Source: a bacterium
GTDB taxonomy: Bacteria; Patescibacteriota; Microgenomatia; UBA8517
Length of the DNA stretch: 64,000 nt
Direction: 5' to 3'
Assembly (NCBI GenBank): GCA_021824915.1
Contig: JAKAJP010000022.1
Location: 23,832 to 87,831 of the forward strand
The notes under the pieces: model-generated
What the model saw: only the letters and a program-made list of their open reading frames with translations
Told to the model about the DNA's origin: nothing
Database searches by the model: none
Made by a program: the position numbers and the translations under genes
Shown here: piece by piece, positions 62,551 through 64,000 of the stretch
Layout of the letters: each line of letters begins with the position of its first letter
How positions within the stretch are numbered: the stretch's first letter is position 1

Positions 62551-63711
62551 ATGGCTGGAAAAATAAAAAATCTGGTTGCGGTAGCCCTTATATCACTTGT
62601 TCCCACCATCCTAATCTGGCTGCCGTTCTTCCTACGGCTACCTTCGTTTTGGAACATTCCACTACCCACCAACGGGCTTGCCACAATCGTTTCCAATTAC
62701 GACGGCCCACTATACTTAGTCGCCGCAAAAACGCTTTACAATAAAAGTGCAATTGAGGCAAATTTCCAATTCCCGCTCCCGGCCGAATACTACACGGCCC
62801 ACTTCCCCCTTTTTCCCCTTCTAATAAGACTGGTCGGTGTGGTCACAAACTATCCTTATGCAATGCTTATTATCACACTTCTCTCCTCCATCCTCGCCAT
62901 CCACTTCTTCTATAAATTAATAGGAAAATACGTTGACAAAAAAGACGCTTTTTTTCTGACAATACTCTTTTCAGTCTTCCCGGCAAGGTGGCTTATTGTC
63001 CGATCGGTTGGTGGAGCCGACCCATTGTTTGTTGCGTCAATCATCGCTTCAATCTATTACTTCAAAGAAAAAAGATATTTATATGCAGGGCTTTGGGGAG
63101 CGGTTGCCCAGTTAACAAAATCTCCAGGAATACTTTTATTCATCTCCTATTTCATCTTCCTACTAATTCCCTTTATTCGTAGAAAAATCGCAGTGACGGG
63201 AAATAAATTACTTGAGAACCTGGATCTAAAAAGAACTTATCCCCTACTTTTGATACCACTCGCCCTTCTTGCAGTATTTGGATTCTATAAAATCACACAA
63301 GGAAGCTTTCTTGCCTACTTCCATTCAGGGGACAACATTCATCTTTTCTTCCCTCCTTTCCAGATTTTTAACTATTCGGCTCCATGGGTCGGCACTTTCT
63401 GGCTCGAAGAAGTCATCTTTATTTATCTAATAGGAGCGGTCGGTGTCTATCGGCTTTTTGCAAAACAGGAATATGAACTAGCAACTTTCTCGGCCGTGTT
63501 TTTCTTCTTAACCCTATTCATAGCACATAGAGACTTAATGCGATATTCCCTACCGTTATTTCCATTCCTCTACGTAGCGTTCGCTGATGTTCTAATCAAA
63601 AAAGAATTCAAGCTCGCGCTCATTATAATCGTTATTCCTATATATCTTTTTTCTTTAAGCTTTATTTCCCAAAACGTGATGCCAATAAGCAATTGGGCGC
63701 CGTTTTTATAA
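62551..63711 (+). CDS. PIG-V-like GT-C glycosyltransferase (divergent)
   Basis: NYDGPLY, HFPLFPLLIR, DPLF, LTKSPG, DLMRYS. TAATAT-N6-ATG upstream. Confidence 0.7.
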   Translation: MAGKIKNLVAVALISLVPTILIWLPFFLRLPSFWNIPLPTNGLATIVSNYDGPLYLVAAKTLYNKSAIEANFQFPLPAEYYTAHFPLFPLLIRLVGVVTNYPYAMLIITLLSSILAIHFFYKLIGKYVDKKDAFFLTILFSVFPARWLIVRSVGGADPLFVASIIASIYYFKEKRYLYAGLWGAVAQLTKSPGILLFISYFIFLLIPFIRRKIAVTGNKLLENLDLKRTYPLLLIPLALLAVFGFYKITQGSFLAYFHSGDNIHLFFPPFQIFNYSAPWVGTFWLEEVIFIYLIGAVGVYRLFAKQEYELATFSAVFFFLTLFIAHRDLMRYSLPLFPFLYVAFADVLIKKEFKLALIIIVIPIYLFSLSFISQNVMPISNWAPFL

Positions 63712-63712
63712 C

Positions 63713-64000
63713 TTAGTAGCTATCTACAAACCTTACCCTGTCGATATAAATAAGTTTTTTGGAGTCAATAACTTCAACCGTCTCATCATAAGTTGCAAAC
63801 ACATTTTTCAATTTTCTAAATTCTTCCTCTTTCATCCAGATATTCTCCCCCTCCAAAACTTTAGCTTTTAATTTTCCACCGACACCGTCCACCCGAAAAA
63901 CCCAGAAATATTTATCCTCAAGTAATTTTCCCTTCTTATGAAAATGGTGATAATGAACAATCCCTTTGAGCGTAAAGTCTCCTGTTAATCCAGTTTCCTC
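63713..64000 (-). CDS. Nudix hydrolase (5' partial, not in ORF track)
   Basis: The reverse strand from 64000 reads EETGLTGDFTLKG...EGENIW...DSY*. EETGL is the tail of the Nudix box. Confidence 0.75.
   Translation of the reverse strand, partial: EETGLTGDFTLKGIVHYHHFHKKGKLLEDKYFWVFRVDGVGGKLKAKVLEGENIWMKEEEFRKLKNVFATYDETVEVIDSKKLIYIDRVRFVDSY

Noticed and set aside
311-63182. Dozens of 60-206 aa ORFs in the six-frame track (e.g. 3436-3921, 6495-7115, 25814-26191)
   Set aside because: They are antisense or off-frame shadows of well-supported genes and carry no recognisable motifs.
1-64000. Alternative genetic code (TGA recoding), mobile elements, RNA genes, CRISPR, homopolymer phase variation
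   Set aside because: TGA ends full-length genes, often in ATGA overlaps. No integrase, transposase, tRNA/rRNA or repeat-spacer array was seen, and the A/T runs cause no frameshifts.

Overview
A very compact, AT-rich bacterial window read with genetic code 11 (TGA is a stop). About 54 CDSs lie nearly all on the minus strand, most abutting or overlapping. The gene content and style suggest a Patescibacteria/CPR genome, Microgenomates-like (inference only). Almost the whole 64 kb is a cell-surface glycosylation super-locus. It holds about 20 polytopic GT-C-fold membrane glycosyltransferases in several paralogous subfamilies (PMT/ArnT-like, PIG-V-like, ALG6/8-like, YfhO, PTPS-related), 4 polyprenol-phosphate-sugar synthase-like GT2s, 7 other GT2s, 5 GT4s, 2 Wzx-type flippases and 3 SAM methyltransferases. 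Nucleotide-sugar enzymes are Gmd, Fcl, a CapE/FnlA-like dehydratase, an SDR and a DegT-cupin fusion. Non-glycan genes are argF, a DHH/NrnA phosphoesterase, a partial Nudix gene and an islet at 53.2-55.5 kb. The islet carries a self-contained three-gene operon: a caspase/gingipain-fold (clan CD) protease with an intact His-Cys dyad plus two small, mutually similar unknown proteins. This operon and the GT-C expansion are the best candidates for an undescribed system. A -10 hexamer exactly 6 nt before many start codons points to widespread leaderless transcription from internal promoters. No rRNA, tRNA, CRISPR array or transposase was seen. All family calls come from motif recognition by eye, not database searches.
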